A stretch of 63,356 bases of DNA, counting the filler, from Octopus bimaculoides (taxonomy: Eukaryota), in the NCBI RefSeq assembly GCF_001194135.2. It is 9 parts of 9 records of this genome, joined end to end, with 100 filler letters (N's around TTAATTAATTAA, not from the genome) between each part and the next. Parts side by side here need not be neighbours in the genome. Positions count along the whole stretch, not along the records: positions 1 to 23,020 come from NC_068986.1; positions 23,121 to 35,507 come from NC_068981.1; 7 more parts are not named here. The stretch is one strand, 5' to 3'. Shown here piece after piece: positions 12,751-25,877 of the stretch. Numbering within the stretch: the stretch's first letter is position 1; every line of letters begins with the position of its first letter. Made by a program: the position numbers and the translations under genes. The notes under the pieces were generated by a model, which did no database searches, was not told the DNA's origin, and was given only the letters and a program-made list of their open reading frames with translations.

Positions 12751-14526
12751 CTCACCCCTCCACACACACACACATAAGTATATACAAACGCACATGCAAA
12801 AACGCGCGCATGCGTGTGTAACTGGAAGCAAATACATAGAGCTGAATATGGCGCGCAAAAAGTAAATGAACTAAAACATTTTACGGAAATTAACGAAGTG
12901 TGCGGGTTCAAGCGATAGAGAGACCATATTTTTTTCTATGCTCCATGTTGAATTGCAAAATTTTAATGTGATATTTGTGTAATAACGAAATCAAACCTGA
13001 AGTGTGTGTGTGTGTGTGTGTGTGTGTGNNNNNNNNNNNNNNNNNNNNNNNNNNNNNNNNNNNNNNNNNNNNNNNNNNNNNNNNNNNNNNNNNNNNNNNN
13101 NNNNNNNNNNNNNNNNNNNNNNNNNNNNNNNNNNNNNNNNNNNNNNNNNNNNNNNNNNNNNNNNNNNNNNNNNNNNNNNNNNNNNNNNNNNNNNNNNNNN
13201 NNNNNNNNNNNNNNNNNNNNNNNNNNNNNNNNNNNNNNNNNNNNNNNNNNNNNNNNNNNNNNNNNNNNNNNNNNNNNNNNNNNNNNNNNNNNNNNNNNNN
13301 NNNNNNNNNNNNNNNNNNNNNNNNNNNNNNNNNNNNNNNNNNNNNNNNNNNNNNNNNNNNNNNNNNNNNNNNNNNNNNNNNNNNNNNNNNNNNNNNNNNN
13401 NNNNNNNNNNNNNNNNNNNNNNNNNNNNNNNNNNNNNNNNNNNNNNNNNNNNNNNNNNNNNNNNNNNNNNNNNNNNNNNNNNNNNNNNNNNNNNNNNNNN
13501 NNNNNNNNNNNNNNNNNNNNNNNNNNNNNNNNNNNNNNNNNNNNNNNNNNNNNNNNNNNNNNNNNNNNNNNNNNNNNNNNNNNNNNNNNNNNNNNNNNNN
13601 NNNNNNNNNNNNNNNNNNNNNNNNNNNNNNNNNNNNNNNNNNNNNNNNNNNNNNNNNNNNNNNNNNNNNNNNNNNNNNNNNNNNNNNNNNNNNNNNNNNN
13701 NNNNNNNNNNNNNNNNNNNNNNNNNTATATATATATATATACCGATACATACATATATACCCATACATACATATATATGCATACATATATGTATATATAT
13801 GTGAGTGTGTGTGTGTGTATGTGTGTGTATGTGTGTGTGTGTGTATGTGTGTGTGTGTACTTACAATAACGCACACATAGTGAGGGACAAGAAGTTAAAG
13901 AAATCTGAAAGGGGGAAGATGTAAATGTAAAGAAGAAGGAAAAGAAAGCGGAAAGAAAATAAAAGAAAATATGGAACTTATGAGGGTCTTTCACAGCTCT
14001 CCATGATAGATACCATTCAGGTGTCCAGCGTAACATTTGGGCGAGTGTCATTTTCTATAATTACAGAACAACCCGTTCCTTGCGAGTGAAATTGTAAAAA
14101 CTGAGTTGACAAAATTTGTTTTTGAAGCTCTTTAGAGAGATTGTGCATGTAATTCAAAGGAACATCCTTGTCCACATGGTCTCATACTGATCTTGCATGA
14201 GAATTACGGGAAGGGCACACGAGTTTGTGGAATGCTCAGCTGCTTACACGCTAATGTAAAGAGCAGTTAATTCAGTTTCATTTAGTCGATCGAATAGCAA
14301 TTGAATCATCATGATCGAAACCAAAGCTGAAAGGAGTGAAATTAACGCAATACAGCAGAGTTACACATCCTCACGGTTAAAAAAGAAACTGGCTGCAACT
14401 GATAAGGAACGCAGGACCACGTGAGCTTCATACATGAACAAGAAGTGGTAGGAGAAACAGTGGGAAAAGGAAGAAAGAAAGAAGAATGGAGTGAGGAGGA
14501 GAAGCGGGTAAAAAATTGAACCTATA

Positions 14527-14714
14527 TTATGGGGTACTGAAAAATTCCTGGCTTTAAGGGTAACACGACGGACTTGATTGAATGCTCATCCCTCGGATTT
14601 CTTTTACAGGGCTTAGAAAACTGAAGGACCGCTGCAATAAGTGTGAATCCGAGAGGGGAATATATTGAATAAAATCATAATTAACTGACCCTCCTGTATC
14701 TTCTTTTACCCAAA
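14527..14714 (-). mobile_element. Mariner-derived MITE, degraded, one end missing
   Basis: Same family as 21357-21569 in opposite orientation. Retains the TIR-like GGGGTACTGAAAAATTCCTGGCTTT and, on plus, GACCGCTGCAATAAGTGTGAATCCGAGAGGGGAATATATTGAATAA, a slightly deleted mariner C-terminus. Confidence 0.75.
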
Positions 14715-14807
14715 TTTAAGACAAAAATATATAAGGAGTTGCATTGCAGAAGATCTTGCTTTCTATCTGAACAGTTTCAGCTCAACTATGAGTGAAACAC
14801 TCATAGT

Positions 14808-14912
14808 TTATCGACTTCGAAAGGATGAAATGCAAAGTCGACCGCGGCTGAATTTCGACTTAGAAAGTAAAAACAGACGAAATGCCGCTAAACGTTTCTG
14901 TCACCATGCCGC
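14808..14912 (-). mobile_element. SINE family B, partial
   Basis: TTATCGACTTCGAAAGGATGAAATGCAAAGTCGAC...CAGACGAAATGCCGCTAA matches the reverse complement of 4500-4625. Confidence 0.7.
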
Positions 14913-15548
14913 ACTAGTTATGGTGGTAGTTATGATAACGCGTAAGATAATGTTGAAAATGATGATGGCAGTGATGGTGGTGGCGATGTAATAATGACAA
15001 CAACGACAACGACGATGATGATGATGATGAAAATGGTGGTGGTAATGGCGACGACAACTACGACTATGATGAGGATTACTATTTTCATGAAAAACGAGGT
15101 AGAAACGGAAGAGGAGGGTACTATTGATGACTATGTATCTAAACATGAAATTGAGGATGAAAAGAAAAGTTAATTTGAATTTCATGTACCTATTTTGTTG
15201 TTCCCGAATGTCTTTGGAATGAAACGGAAGTTGACACTTATTCGACATGGTCTCTACCTAACCTGACTTCCGGTGTTCTCCACAAATGGCCGAATAATTT
15301 GGTAAAATTAGAATATTTGTGCAGTCTTACACCGCTATATTCACCACTTATAATAACGTCTACAACAACAATATCAATAACAAATATAACAACATAGAAG
15401 ACAATAGTAACACTTTACAAATGTAGAAACGTAAAGAAGTATATTATGTGTGTGTATGTGTGCGCGTACATATGCGTATACATACGAACACACACGTGCA
15501 CACACATGCACACACTTAAGCACATACACACACACATAGCCATATCCA

Positions 15549-15590
<42 letters not shown>

Positions 15591-15828
15591 ACTAACTTCG
15601 TATGTGTGTGCAATGTGTATATATGTCAATATGCATGTGTGTATGTATGTATTTATAAATGAATATATATATGTAAATAGATGGGTGTTTGTCTATATAT
15701 ATGTATGTGTGTGTGTGTGTGTGTGTATGTGTGGGTATGCATGTATATATGCATGTATGTATATATATATGTACAGAGCATTAATGAGGAAGTATGAAAT
15801 AAAAATAGTACCGACAACCAAATATAGC

Positions 15829-15830
<2 letters not shown>

Positions 15831-15892
<62 letters not shown>

Positions 15893-15950
15893 CGGACAAA
15901 AAGTTTCAAAGATAAAATACACATGGGAGAAAGCAAAATAATGATGACAA

Positions 15951-16025
<75 letters not shown>

Positions 16026-16045
16026 AAATGATGATGATGATGATG

Positions 16046-16112
<67 letters not shown>
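15831..16112. repeat. Compound microsatellites (AAAG)n, (TAG)n, (GAT)n, (AAT)n
   Basis: Direct reading. Confidence 0.95.
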
Positions 16113-16113
<1 letters not shown>

Positions 16114-16584
16114 CAAGTCCAAAAGAAAAGAGTTTGAGCGTGTTGATCACGTCATGCCTTGTAAAAGAAAATAAACAAGAGACGACAGATTTGGGAAAAG
16201 CTTTGATTCGGAGATTGTATGAAATAAAAGACGTTTTACATGACAACAGAGAAAAATTTCGTTTGAGATTTCCAGTGATAAACATTGTTATTAAATCAAG
16301 GTGGAAGTTGTGTTATGTGGTCTGTTTATAGTGTCTGGCCCACGACTCACCACAACATCAAAGAGATTTATAAGAAGTTTTCAGCTTGATTTGCGCATAA
16401 AATTGTATTTATGAGCTTGTGTCATATTGGATTATAATTTTCGTTTTCGAATAGAAATCAAAATGACAGATTTTTATAGCACTCACATGCAAACTAGTGC
16501 AGAACTGTGCAAAGTATTGCAGAATTATTGTTGTATACAGTATTGTGTGATAAATGGCGTAGAATCTTTTTCTCTTTACATGGA

Positions 16585-16795
16585 ACAGTCATTAGACTGC
16601 AATCATGCTGGGGTACGCCTTGAAAAATTTTTAGTCGAATGATTCAACTCTAGTAGTTATTTATTATTTATTGTTGTTAAGCCTGGTACTCATTTTATCC
16701 GTCTCTTTTGCCGAACCGCTAATTTACGCGGATGTTAACACACCAACACCGGCTGTCAAGCGTTGGTGGGGAACAAGCACAAATATGAAGACACA
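16585..16795 (-). mobile_element. SINE family A, 3' half, degraded
   Basis: GTCTCTTTTGCCGAACCGCTAA and GTCATTAGACTGC are family A 3' motifs in reverse. Confidence 0.75.
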
Positions 16796-16929
16796 CACAT
16801 ACACACACATTCATACATACATACATACATGCATACATACATACATACATACATACATACATACCTACATACATACATACATACATAAGAGTAGAATGTA
16901 AAGAGCAATTTATGTAAAGTAAAGAGAAT

Positions 16930-17287
16930 GTCAAGATCATTCATAATGAAAAAAAATTATTGTTATAATCATTTTCTGAATCACTTTCACTCGTACAAGA
17001 CTCGCGTACGCCGTCACTTGTAGAAGCAATCGCCGATTCACAAGCACTCGTAGACGGACATATAGATTTCTTCTCGTTCAGAGATTTAACATTGCTTTTT
17101 TTCGCACTCAATAAATTCCTCGGTAATACGCAGAAGCATTTGTTGTGGTAGTAGAACTTTTGCACTTCGTTCAAAATTTGGATCTTGTGCTTGAAACATT
17201 TCAGCTCACCCTACAAAAGTGAGCTGAAAAATAAAACTCGTAAACCCGGAGTCTCGCAAAGTGGGTATTCGAAAAGTGAGGTATTAC

Positions 17288-17291
<4 letters not shown>
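16930..17291 (-). mobile_element. pogo/Tigger-like remnant: one terminus joined to the transposase C-terminal segment
   Basis: Minus strand begins TA-CAGTAATACCTCACTTTTCGAA, a Tigger-type CAGT terminus. It then encodes FQAQDPNFERSAKV and, after a frameshift, NASAYYRGIY*VRKK, resembling the Tigger pattern DP..ERS.KV...Y.EIY.EKK. Confidence 0.55.
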
Positions 17292-17347
<56 letters not shown>

Positions 17348-18270
17348 NNNNNNNNNNNNNNNNNNNNNNNNNNNNNNNNNNNNNNNNNNNNNNNNNNNNN
17401 NNNNNNNNNNNNNNNNNNNNNNNNNNNNNNNNNNNNNNNNNNNNNNNNNNNNNNNNNNNNNNNNNNNNNNNNNNNNNNNNNNNNNNNNNNNNNNNNNNNN
17501 NNNNNNNNNNNNNNNNNNNNNNNNNNNNNNNNNNNNNNNNNNNNNNNNNNNNNNNNNNNNNNNNNNNNNNNNNNNNNNNNNNNNNNNNNNNNNNNNNNNN
17601 NNNNNNNNNNNNNNNNNNNNNNNNNNNNNNNNNNNNNNNNNNNNNNNNNNNNNNNNNNNNNNNNNNNNNNNNNNNNNNNNNNNNNNNNNNNNNNNNNNNN
17701 NNNNNNNNNNNNNNNNNNNNNNNNNNNNNNNNNNNNNNNNNNNNNNNNNNNNNNNNNNNNNNNNNNNNNNNNNNNNNNNNNNNNNNNNNNNNNNNNNNNN
17801 NNNNNNNNNNNNNNNNNNNNNNNNNNNNNNNNNNNNNNNNNNNNNNNNNNNNNNNNNNNNNNNNNNNNNNNNNNNNNNNNNNNNNNNNNNNNNNNNNNNN
17901 NNNNNNNNNNNNNNNNNNNNNNNNNNNNNNNNNNNNNNNNNNNNNNNNNNNNNNNNNNNNNNNNNNNNNNNNNNNNNNNNNNNNNNNNNNNNNNNNNNNN
18001 NNNNNNNNNNNNNNNNNNNNNNNNNNNNNNNNNNNNNNNNNNNNNNNNNNNNNNNNNNNNNNNNNNNNNNNNNNNNNNNNNNNNNNNNNNNNNNNNNNNN
18101 NNNNNNNNNNNNNNNNNNNNNNNNNNNNNNNNNNNNNNNNNNNNNNNNNNNNNNNNNNNNNNNNNNNNNNNNNNNNNNNNNNNNNNNNNNNNNNNNNNNN
18201 NNCAATACAGTAATTTTGTCGCGAACCTAGAGCATCCATTTCCACTTACACACACAAACACACACACAAA

Positions 18271-18356
<86 letters not shown>

Positions 18357-21356
18357 ACAAACAGTGAGGGATTATCAATCCGAACAAAATACTTCATAAG
18401 CTCTCTGCTGGCACACCAGGCTAACAATATTCCTTAGATTAGTGAAGAACTCCAGGTAATCATGTGGCAGGGTCCAGGTTTATATTAGGTTTAAATTTTA
18501 AGGCATAAGTAAATAAAAGACAAGCATATGAAAGCTCAGTTTGGTTGCGATGGTCCATTAAAAGAAATGCATTACTTGTGCAACGTCCTGTTTTCACTAT
18601 TCGACAAATGTTATGGGTTCTGAAGCTGGCCAACAAAAATAATTTATATCATACCCTATAATGTAAACTGTGTGTTTTACTTACTTATGTTACTTAATTT
18701 CAGTTAGATAAGAGAAATGAGGGAAATGTATTGTTTGCTGGGGGGAGTGGGGACAGCATAGCATAAATGAAAGTTGCTCATAGATATGCTTTGGTTTCAG
18801 GTTCTCAGCTGCATTATCTCCCCTCTCAGCCTTTTCTGACGTTACTGTAATGGTCTCTGCTCCTCGGAGCTGGCTGGACACATGCTACCTTTATGGTATT
18901 TCCGATCCATTCGTCTATCCTTGTCTCATCTCTCTTCTTGTGTCCAGCCTTCCACGCTCCGCACTAATCACTCCACCCATTTCATTCTTCTCAGGAAGAA
19001 ATGACATGAACAGGGGTATTCTCTCTCACTTCATGTCATTCCTGAAAGTAATGACTTGCAACTGTTTAAGCGAAGCATTCATAGTATCAATACCACAGGT
19101 CCCGAACGCTTACAAATGCCCCGGACACTACCCGTTCCTTTAAGCCCTACAAAGTAGAGAAAAGATTTCCTCCATCAGTTGAAACTAGCTACTTAGCAGA
19201 ATTAGAAATCTTTACTTTAAAATAGACATTGTTCATTCTGAATTGCACTCACTAAATCTGGACTTGAAAAGATAGCTCAGCTAGTATCATTATATTGAAA
19301 AAGATAATAGTTGAGGTATAAAATTCTTGGACAAAAATTATAAATCGAAAATTGTAAATATACTAAATAAATATGAAATTATAAATGTACTAATTGAATT
19401 AAAAATGAAAACGCTTATGAGGGCTTTTGTTATAACTAATGTAAACAATATTGAACTAACCAGTAATATTTTAAATGTTGTTTATTGTTTAGTTAGAAAA
19501 ACAAACAACCATTGTTAAACATGGAGGTCGAAGTCGAGCGCTTGATTAAATCTACAATACACTTAGGGAATTGTTGGTATTCATGAATTTGCGTAACTCT
19601 TGTTGGTGTATGTCTCCCCCCCCCCCACCACCACCCCCGAAAAATGTAATTTTCGATAAAATTACTGAAAACAAGTAAAATAAGATGCATTATTATTGAT
19701 TCATCTTCATTAATTTCAAGGAAGTCTGTACTTATAATTTTGGTAAAATGATTGTTCGCCAACAATATTTCTTGATTTTGTAGAATTAGAAGCAACAGGA
19801 AATATTTATAATATATGTTATCACGGATGTTAAATGATGTAAGGGTTGATAGAGAATATATAAAGTTTGATTGGATTTTATTCTGATGGAGCGAGTACTG
19901 AGCCTAGACGAAAATCTGGAGTTGCTACAAGATTAATTCAAGAATTTCCAGACGTTATAATTTGGCTATGTTTTGAATCATCGATTATAAGTTGTGTTAG
20001 ATGATACTATATGGGAAATCAATGAAATAGACCATTTCAAGTGATTTTTTTGCCAAGAATTTTGCTATTTTTCCTCGGTTTAATAAAAGCCAGATGCAGC
20101 TTAAAGAAAAAAAATTGCTGCAGAATTATTTATCGAAATAGTAAAAATCTGCTATGTTTGTTTGTTATTCTATTTTTATTTTCATTTATTTATGTATTTA
20201 TTTATTTTGGTCCACGGTGAGCTTCCCTTTAGCCTCAGATCTACTAGAGTGATATGAAAGGCTCATTCAGCTCTTTACATATGTTTCTCTAAAGGTTTCT
20301 GGCATGGAAAATTTGGAAAGGATCGAATAAACAATATATTTATAAGACACTTAGCTATAATGATTGACATTAGAGATGAACTTACATAATTATCGAATAC
20401 TCTAGTAGAAAAACAGTCAGTTTCATAGGAGTATATAAAATCATAAGTGCACAGCGATTTCTTTTTCTTTTTACCTTTAAAATATAATTTCAGCAAGTAT
20501 GAAATTAGATTAACGTACTAATACAAAGTGGTACATTCGAACGTATAGATTTTGAACGAAACGTATTTTCAGTCACTGCTGTGAGAAATGGTAGCAGAAT
20601 ATATAATTAACAAGATGAAAGTAAGTGATGAACATGTTACGTTTTAAAGGATAATTTTAGTTCTAAAGGGAATGTGGGTAGAACAATCCTTTCAGCTCTT
20701 CTACTGTATGCAAGCATAACGGGCCTGATATATTTCCTTGGGACAGAAGGAAAAAAATTATTGCAGTTATAGTCATCTGCCATGAATTTATAAATATTTT
20801 TTTTTTTTCCAAAATATTGAGAAGGAGGATATGTAGGTACAGCTACTTCGAAATCTATAGTTAATCTATTCTGATTATAAATACACATTTTTTACCAATA
20901 AATATTGGTGCATTTGGCTACTGTATTAAATATCTAAGTGACAAACTCGAAAAGTTTTAGGCAAAGGGTGTGATCAGCTAACACGTATTTTCGTAAATAC
21001 AATCTGTAAGCGCAACAGCAAAATTACACAAGATTTTCCTGAAGTGCAAAATCGTATAATTCTCCACTTCTTCTTTTGTCCAAATTCCAGTGAGAAGGCT
21101 TCACTTCCTTCTTAGGAACCAACTCCTTCCTTATAAGAAGAATTCATACAAAGTAAGCAGTAAGCATAAAAATTAGAACAAGGGTCAGTTGGTTCAACCA
21201 AACCCTTCATGACAGTACTCCGGCTCGGTCACAGTCCAATGATTGAAACAAGTAAAATGTAAAAGAAAATAAATTTTGGTTAACTGGTCGTGACCAACCA
21301 AGGTGTGAGGACTGGCATTTAACCAAATGGATTATTTTTATTCCTCACACAAATTA

Positions 21357-21569
21357 CGAGAGGGTGCTGAAAAGTTCCTGGCTTTGGGTGAAAGCAAATA
21401 CAGGAGGATCAGTTACGATTTTATTCAACATATTTCCCTCTCAGATTCACATTCTTTTTGCAGCAATCCTTCAGCTTTTCTAAGCCATGTAAAAGAGCTC
21501 AGAAATTTGGGCCTCCAACCAGGCCTTTCACAACAGCCTTAAAGTCATGAACTTTTCAGCATCCCCCCG
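21357..21569. mobile_element. Mariner-derived MITE, complete, 213 bp
   Basis: TA at 21355-56 and 21570-71. TIRs CGAGAGGGTGCTGAAAAGTTCCTGGCTTT and AAAGTCATGAACTTTTCAGCATCCCCCCG. The minus-strand interior ends ...NLRGKYVE*, like a mariner C-terminus. Confidence 0.9.
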
Positions 21570-22049
21570 TATGTATCTCACCTTTATCTCCCCTCTAACT
21601 TCCTCGAAGTCCTTAATTCTCTACCCCTTTACCTTATACTTCTTTCTGCTTCTCCACTTTTCTCTTCATCTCCCCCCTTCTTTCTCTCCTACATTCGTCA
21701 TCTTGTCCTCCACTTACTATAAAATTCTATTTTCCTTACCACAGCCATCACTTACGCATCCAGACATTTATACTCTCACACAAGATGACTTTTAAACTCC
21801 CCACCTCCCTACCCAATTTCTTTCATTCTCTTTCTCTCAATATCACTTTCTCTTTCTTTCTCTCCAACACCCTTACCCTCACGTTTCTGTACTCACATAC
21901 ACACTTGGGAGACGGTTTTCTCTTTAACCTGGTCCTTAGGACAGAAACAGAAATAGATCTTGAGGGACTAAACCCGTCTTTGTTCCCTGTTCTCGGCCTT
22001 CTATTGTTTCCTCCTCTGATTTATCTTTCTTTCATTTTTTACTTGCTTT

Positions 22050-22397
22050 AGTCATTGGACTGAGACCACGCCTGGGCACCGTCTTGAAAGATTTAGTCGG
22101 ACAAATCTACATCAATGCTTATTTTTTTAAGTTTGGTACTGGTTCTATCGTTTTTTTTTTATAAGCCTAACCACTAAGTTACGAATCAACACCACTTATC
22201 AAGCGGCGTGAGACAAACACGCGCGCACGCGACTAGCTTCCACTCACTTTCTGTCTATCTGACTCACTTACAAAGCGCCTTGATCAGCTCAGGGTTATTG
22301 TAGAAGACACTTGTCCGAGGTGTTTCGGAGTGGGGCTGAAACCGAATCTATGATTGCAAAGCGAGCTTCTTAACTTGACAGCTATGCCTGTGCCTAT
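22050..22397 (-). mobile_element. SINE family A, degraded, near full length
   Basis: GTCATTGGACTG at the 3' end and TGTAGAAGACACTTGTCCGAGG...GCCTGTGCCT at the 5' end, in reverse. Confidence 0.7.
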
Positions 22398-22715
22398 AGC
22401 CCTATGAAAAAGTATTAATTTTCCTAAATCAAACACTAACGTCTTAAGTAGAGCACATAGACCTATGTACCTCTAGAAAGATGGGATGGCTACAGTTGGA
22501 ACGTCTCATCGTAATTCAGCTGGACAGGAGCCAGTGTCAGCGAACCGCTAAGCGACTATTCAAACTTGTGGAGCCAAATGACCCTCAAATCACACTCTAT
22601 CGGATAAAAAGAGAAAGGGCAAATAATATAATGTGGTCATGAATAAAAGATGGGAAGGTCACGGACGAAGCGACTTTGAAGAAAGGTTTACTCAAACAAG
22701 CTGTCTTAGGGTTCA

Positions 22716-22727
<12 letters not shown>

Positions 22728-22772
<45 letters not shown>

Positions 22773-22820
22773 GCTGCTGCTGCTACTGCAACTGCTGCTG
22801 CTGCTGCTACTAGCAGCTGC
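22728..22820. repeat. (CTA)n-(CTG)n microsatellite
   Basis: Direct reading; explains the poly-Leu ORF. Confidence 0.9.
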
Positions 22821-23020
22821 AGCAGGGCACGATATAGTTCAGAGTGGTGGTACTAAGGAACAAACCAGAATAAACGCTGCTGCTTTCTAAGTCGTCTATA
22901 AACAAAGGTTATTTCCCTTGTTCAGGGGAGTTAACATAGGATAACCTAAAATATTGCTATCTATCTATCTATCTATCTATCTTGCTAGCTAGCTATCAAT
23001 TGTGTGTGTGTGTGTGTGTG

Positions 23021-23120
23021 NNNNNNNNNNNNNNNNNNNNNNNNNNNNNNNNNNNNNNNNNNNNTTAATTAATTAANNNNNNNNNNNNNNNNNNNNNNNN
23101 NNNNNNNNNNNNNNNNNNNN
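23021..23120. other. Artificial 100-bp assembly spacer N44-TTAATTAATTAA-N44 (first of eight)
   Basis: The identical structure occurs at 35508-35607, 46608-46707, 49669-49768, 52479-52578, 56673-56772, 60625-60724 and 62054-62153. TTAATTAATTAA places stops in all six frames. Confidence 0.95.
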
Positions 23121-23222
23121 GATAGAATAAGTACTAGGCTTACAAAGAATAAGTCCTGTGGTCGATTTGCTCGACTAAAGGTGGTGCTCCAGCATGGCCG
23201 CAAGTAAAAGAGTAAAAGAGTA
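23121..23222 (+). mobile_element. SINE family A, 3' fragment
   Basis: GATAGAATAAGTACTAGGCTTACAAAGAATAAGTCC...CTCCAGCATGGCCGC...AAGTAAAAGAGTAAAAGAG. Confidence 0.85.
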
Positions 23223-23255
23223 TATAGGTGAGTTACTTAAAAAAATAATCTAGAG

Positions 23256-23570
23256 TTGAATTTGTGTTATGTGAATCTGGCAGCATCAGCTGCAAACTCG
23301 TGTGTCACTTCCCGTAACGCAGAGGTGAGAAAGATCAATAAATACGGAGTCCTGGCCGGCTGCTATCAAATTGTGCCGGTCGCTGTCGAGACGTCAGGTG
23401 GTCTAGGACCTTGTACTGTCGATTTCCTAAGCAAGATAAGGATAACGGCGACGTGTCTGGGAAATGAGACCCGAGAAGTGGAGTGGCTGTTGTAGCGAGT
23501 GCCGTTGGCCATTCTCCGTTGCAAAGCCAAAGCGGTCATTGCTGCGGGGCACGCCTCAGCACACAGTTTA
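23256..23570 (+). mobile_element. CRE-like non-LTR retrotransposon 3' fragment, restriction-like endonuclease region
   Basis: AEVRKINKYGVLAGCYQIVPVAVETSGGLG...FLSKI...GNETREVEWLL*RVPLAILRCKA matches the pattern E..K..KY..L...Y.F.P.A.ET.G..G...FL......RE...L.QR.S.A.QRGNA. Confidence 0.7.
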
Positions 23571-24679
23571 TTCTGAGATATGTAGCCCATCGCTCCCTCC
23601 TCTTCCATCTTCTGCTCTTTTACCCCTCCGGCTCCTTTTTTACCTCCTTCTCCCCTTTCCTTTCTTATATCTCTAGTTACTTCTCTCTTTATGCTTTATT
23701 TGGGAACTGTTTCAATTTGGAATTGTAGGTAATATTGTGCTAGCATCGGTTGCGTATCTTGTGCAAAAGTCTTACGGATAAATACCCTTTTTAATAATAA
23801 CAATATTATTTACACATAACTGACTCAGTAGAAAAGGAATTTGCCATTCACTTCAATAAATTCTCGACCCCTACTCCATAAATCCCTTTTACACAAAATA
23901 TACATGTAGCTGAACATTTTCTGAATAAGAAAGATATAACAATAAAATCATTTGTTTTCTTCTGTTTTGAAAAGTGATTGTTTTGAAAGTGGTTATTTCA
24001 GATGTTCTCATTTTGCATCTATTGAATCTATATGTATATGTGTATATGCATGTGTGTATAGGCATGTGTCTAGGGGGAATTTTTAAACAAAGAAAAATAA
24101 AGAAAAGGAAAGAAGAAATAAAGGGGAGTTGTATATATGTGCATGTAGATAGTGACCTAATGATATACACAGGGACTATTCAGAGGTTCCGATGTATTCT
24201 ATGTTTACGATCGGATACATACATACATACATACATACATAGAAAAATACAAGAGAAAGAGGACACTTGTGAACAATTGATAAGCAGACTGTAAATCCTG
24301 TGCCCAAGATACACTTTCAGCTTTATACTTATTATCAATATTTGAACAACCGCATACCTACCAAGCTGTGTGGAGCAAAATGTGGTTGAACTTGGGATCT
24401 TGGGGAGAAAATGCAAATCGTTACTTCATACACTACATATGATCGCGAAGAAAATCTGCAAAACCTTAAAGGTTTACCACATTAACACCAAGTAGATGGC
24501 CAATCAAAATTTACTCTGAATTAAAGAGAAGACAAAATACATACATACCTTAGAGGTATCAAACCCTTCTAACTGATACCTACACTATATATATAAAAAA
24601 ATAGTAAATGAGTATATGCATATATACGTACAGGTATGTGCATACCGACATCCACCTGTATGTATAGGTGCATATCTGG

Positions 24680-25540
24680 GTACAGGAAATTGCAAACAAA
24701 ACGTAGACGAGAAAACACACAAACCACATAGAGAACATTCTACTTCATCAGCTACCCCCGTTTTAACACCGNNNNNNNNNNNNNNNNNNNNNNNNNNNNN
24801 NNNNNNNNNNNNNNNNNNNNNNNNNNNNNNNNNNNNNNNNNNNNNNNNNNNNNNNNNNNNNNNNNNNNNNNNNNNNNNNNNNNNNNNNNNNNNNNNNNNN
24901 NNNNNNNNNNNNNNNNNNNNNNNNNNNNNNNNNNNNNNNNNNNNNNNNNNNNNNNNNNNNNNNNNNNNNNNNNNNNNNNNNNNNNNNNNNNNNNNNNNNN
25001 NNNNNNNNNNNNNNNNNNNNNNNNNNNNNNNNNNNNNNNNNNNNNNNNNNNNNNNNNNNNNNNNNNNNNNNNNNNNNNNNNNNNNNNNNNNNNNNNNNNN
25101 NNNNNNNNNNNNNNNNNNNNNNNNNNNNNNNNNNNNNNNNNNNNNNNNNNNNNNNNNNNNNNNNNNNNNNNNNNNNNNNNNNNNNNNNNNNNNNNNNNNN
25201 NNNNNNNGTGAGGTACGAACTTGAAAGGGACGAAGTAGTTCGCGTGTTTGCTCGGCGATAGCCAAGGAAGAAAAGGATTATTGACCGGAAGCATGTGACC
25301 ATGCCGGTGTAAGGGGTAGAGAGAGAGTGGTAGAGAGAGAAACAAAGGGAGGAAGTAGAAGAATAGGTGAGCAACGAGAGGAAAAGGGAAAGAGAGGAAG
25401 TACGAGGGGGAAAAAGAGATACGTAGTAGTAACAGAGGAAGAACGAGAGGGGTAAAGCGAGATACGTAGTAGTAAAGAGGAAGAACGAGAGGGGGAAAAT
25501 GATAGAGGAAGAGAAAGAGATAGAGTAGCGTCGGAAAATA
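24680..25540 (-). repeat. Dispersed repeat family G, gap inside, homologous to 59880-60480
   Basis: Shared blocks CTTCATCAGCT, CATGTGA and GAGTGGTAGAGAGAG..AAGGGAGGAAGT..AGGTGAGC.ACGAGAG. Includes a ~42-bp tandem duplication starting GAGATACGTAGTAGTAA. Confidence 0.6.
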
Positions 25541-25825
25541 TAAGTTTACGAAACGCGCACACATGTAATATATATCTGAAGTCTTTGAAGTATAGAGGAA
25601 TGTTCTTATCTTAAAATGTACACAAAAGACCAATATGGAAATACTCAGAAGCACTTAAACTTGAAATGATAGAACTTAAAACAATCTTATCGTATTATGA
25701 TGTTTACAAGAAAGGCCATTCTCTATGCATAAGTACAAACATACATACACTTATACATGTATGTACATATACTCAGATGTTTATGTGTCTCTCTATATAC
25801 ATATGCATACATACATACATACACA

Positions 25826-25877
<52 letters not shown>

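Noticed and set aside
15260-15300. ACTTCCGG ETS-like motif (also 49186-49193) as a promoter
   Set aside because: Single short motifs with no CpG island or linked gene.
16941-17174. 77-aa ORF preceded by an apparent acceptor
   Set aside because: Better explained as an alternative frame of the Tigger-like remnant; the acceptor is one arm of the hairpin.
18690-19143. Overlapping ORFs on both strands with moderate GC
   Set aside because: No motif recognised, the minus frame has several stops, and it is probably an unidentified decayed repeat.
20573-20620. 48-nt AG..GTAAGT segment containing MVAEYIINKMK
   Set aside because: Closed in all frames as an internal exon; as a start exon it has no supporting partner, and such signals arise by chance.
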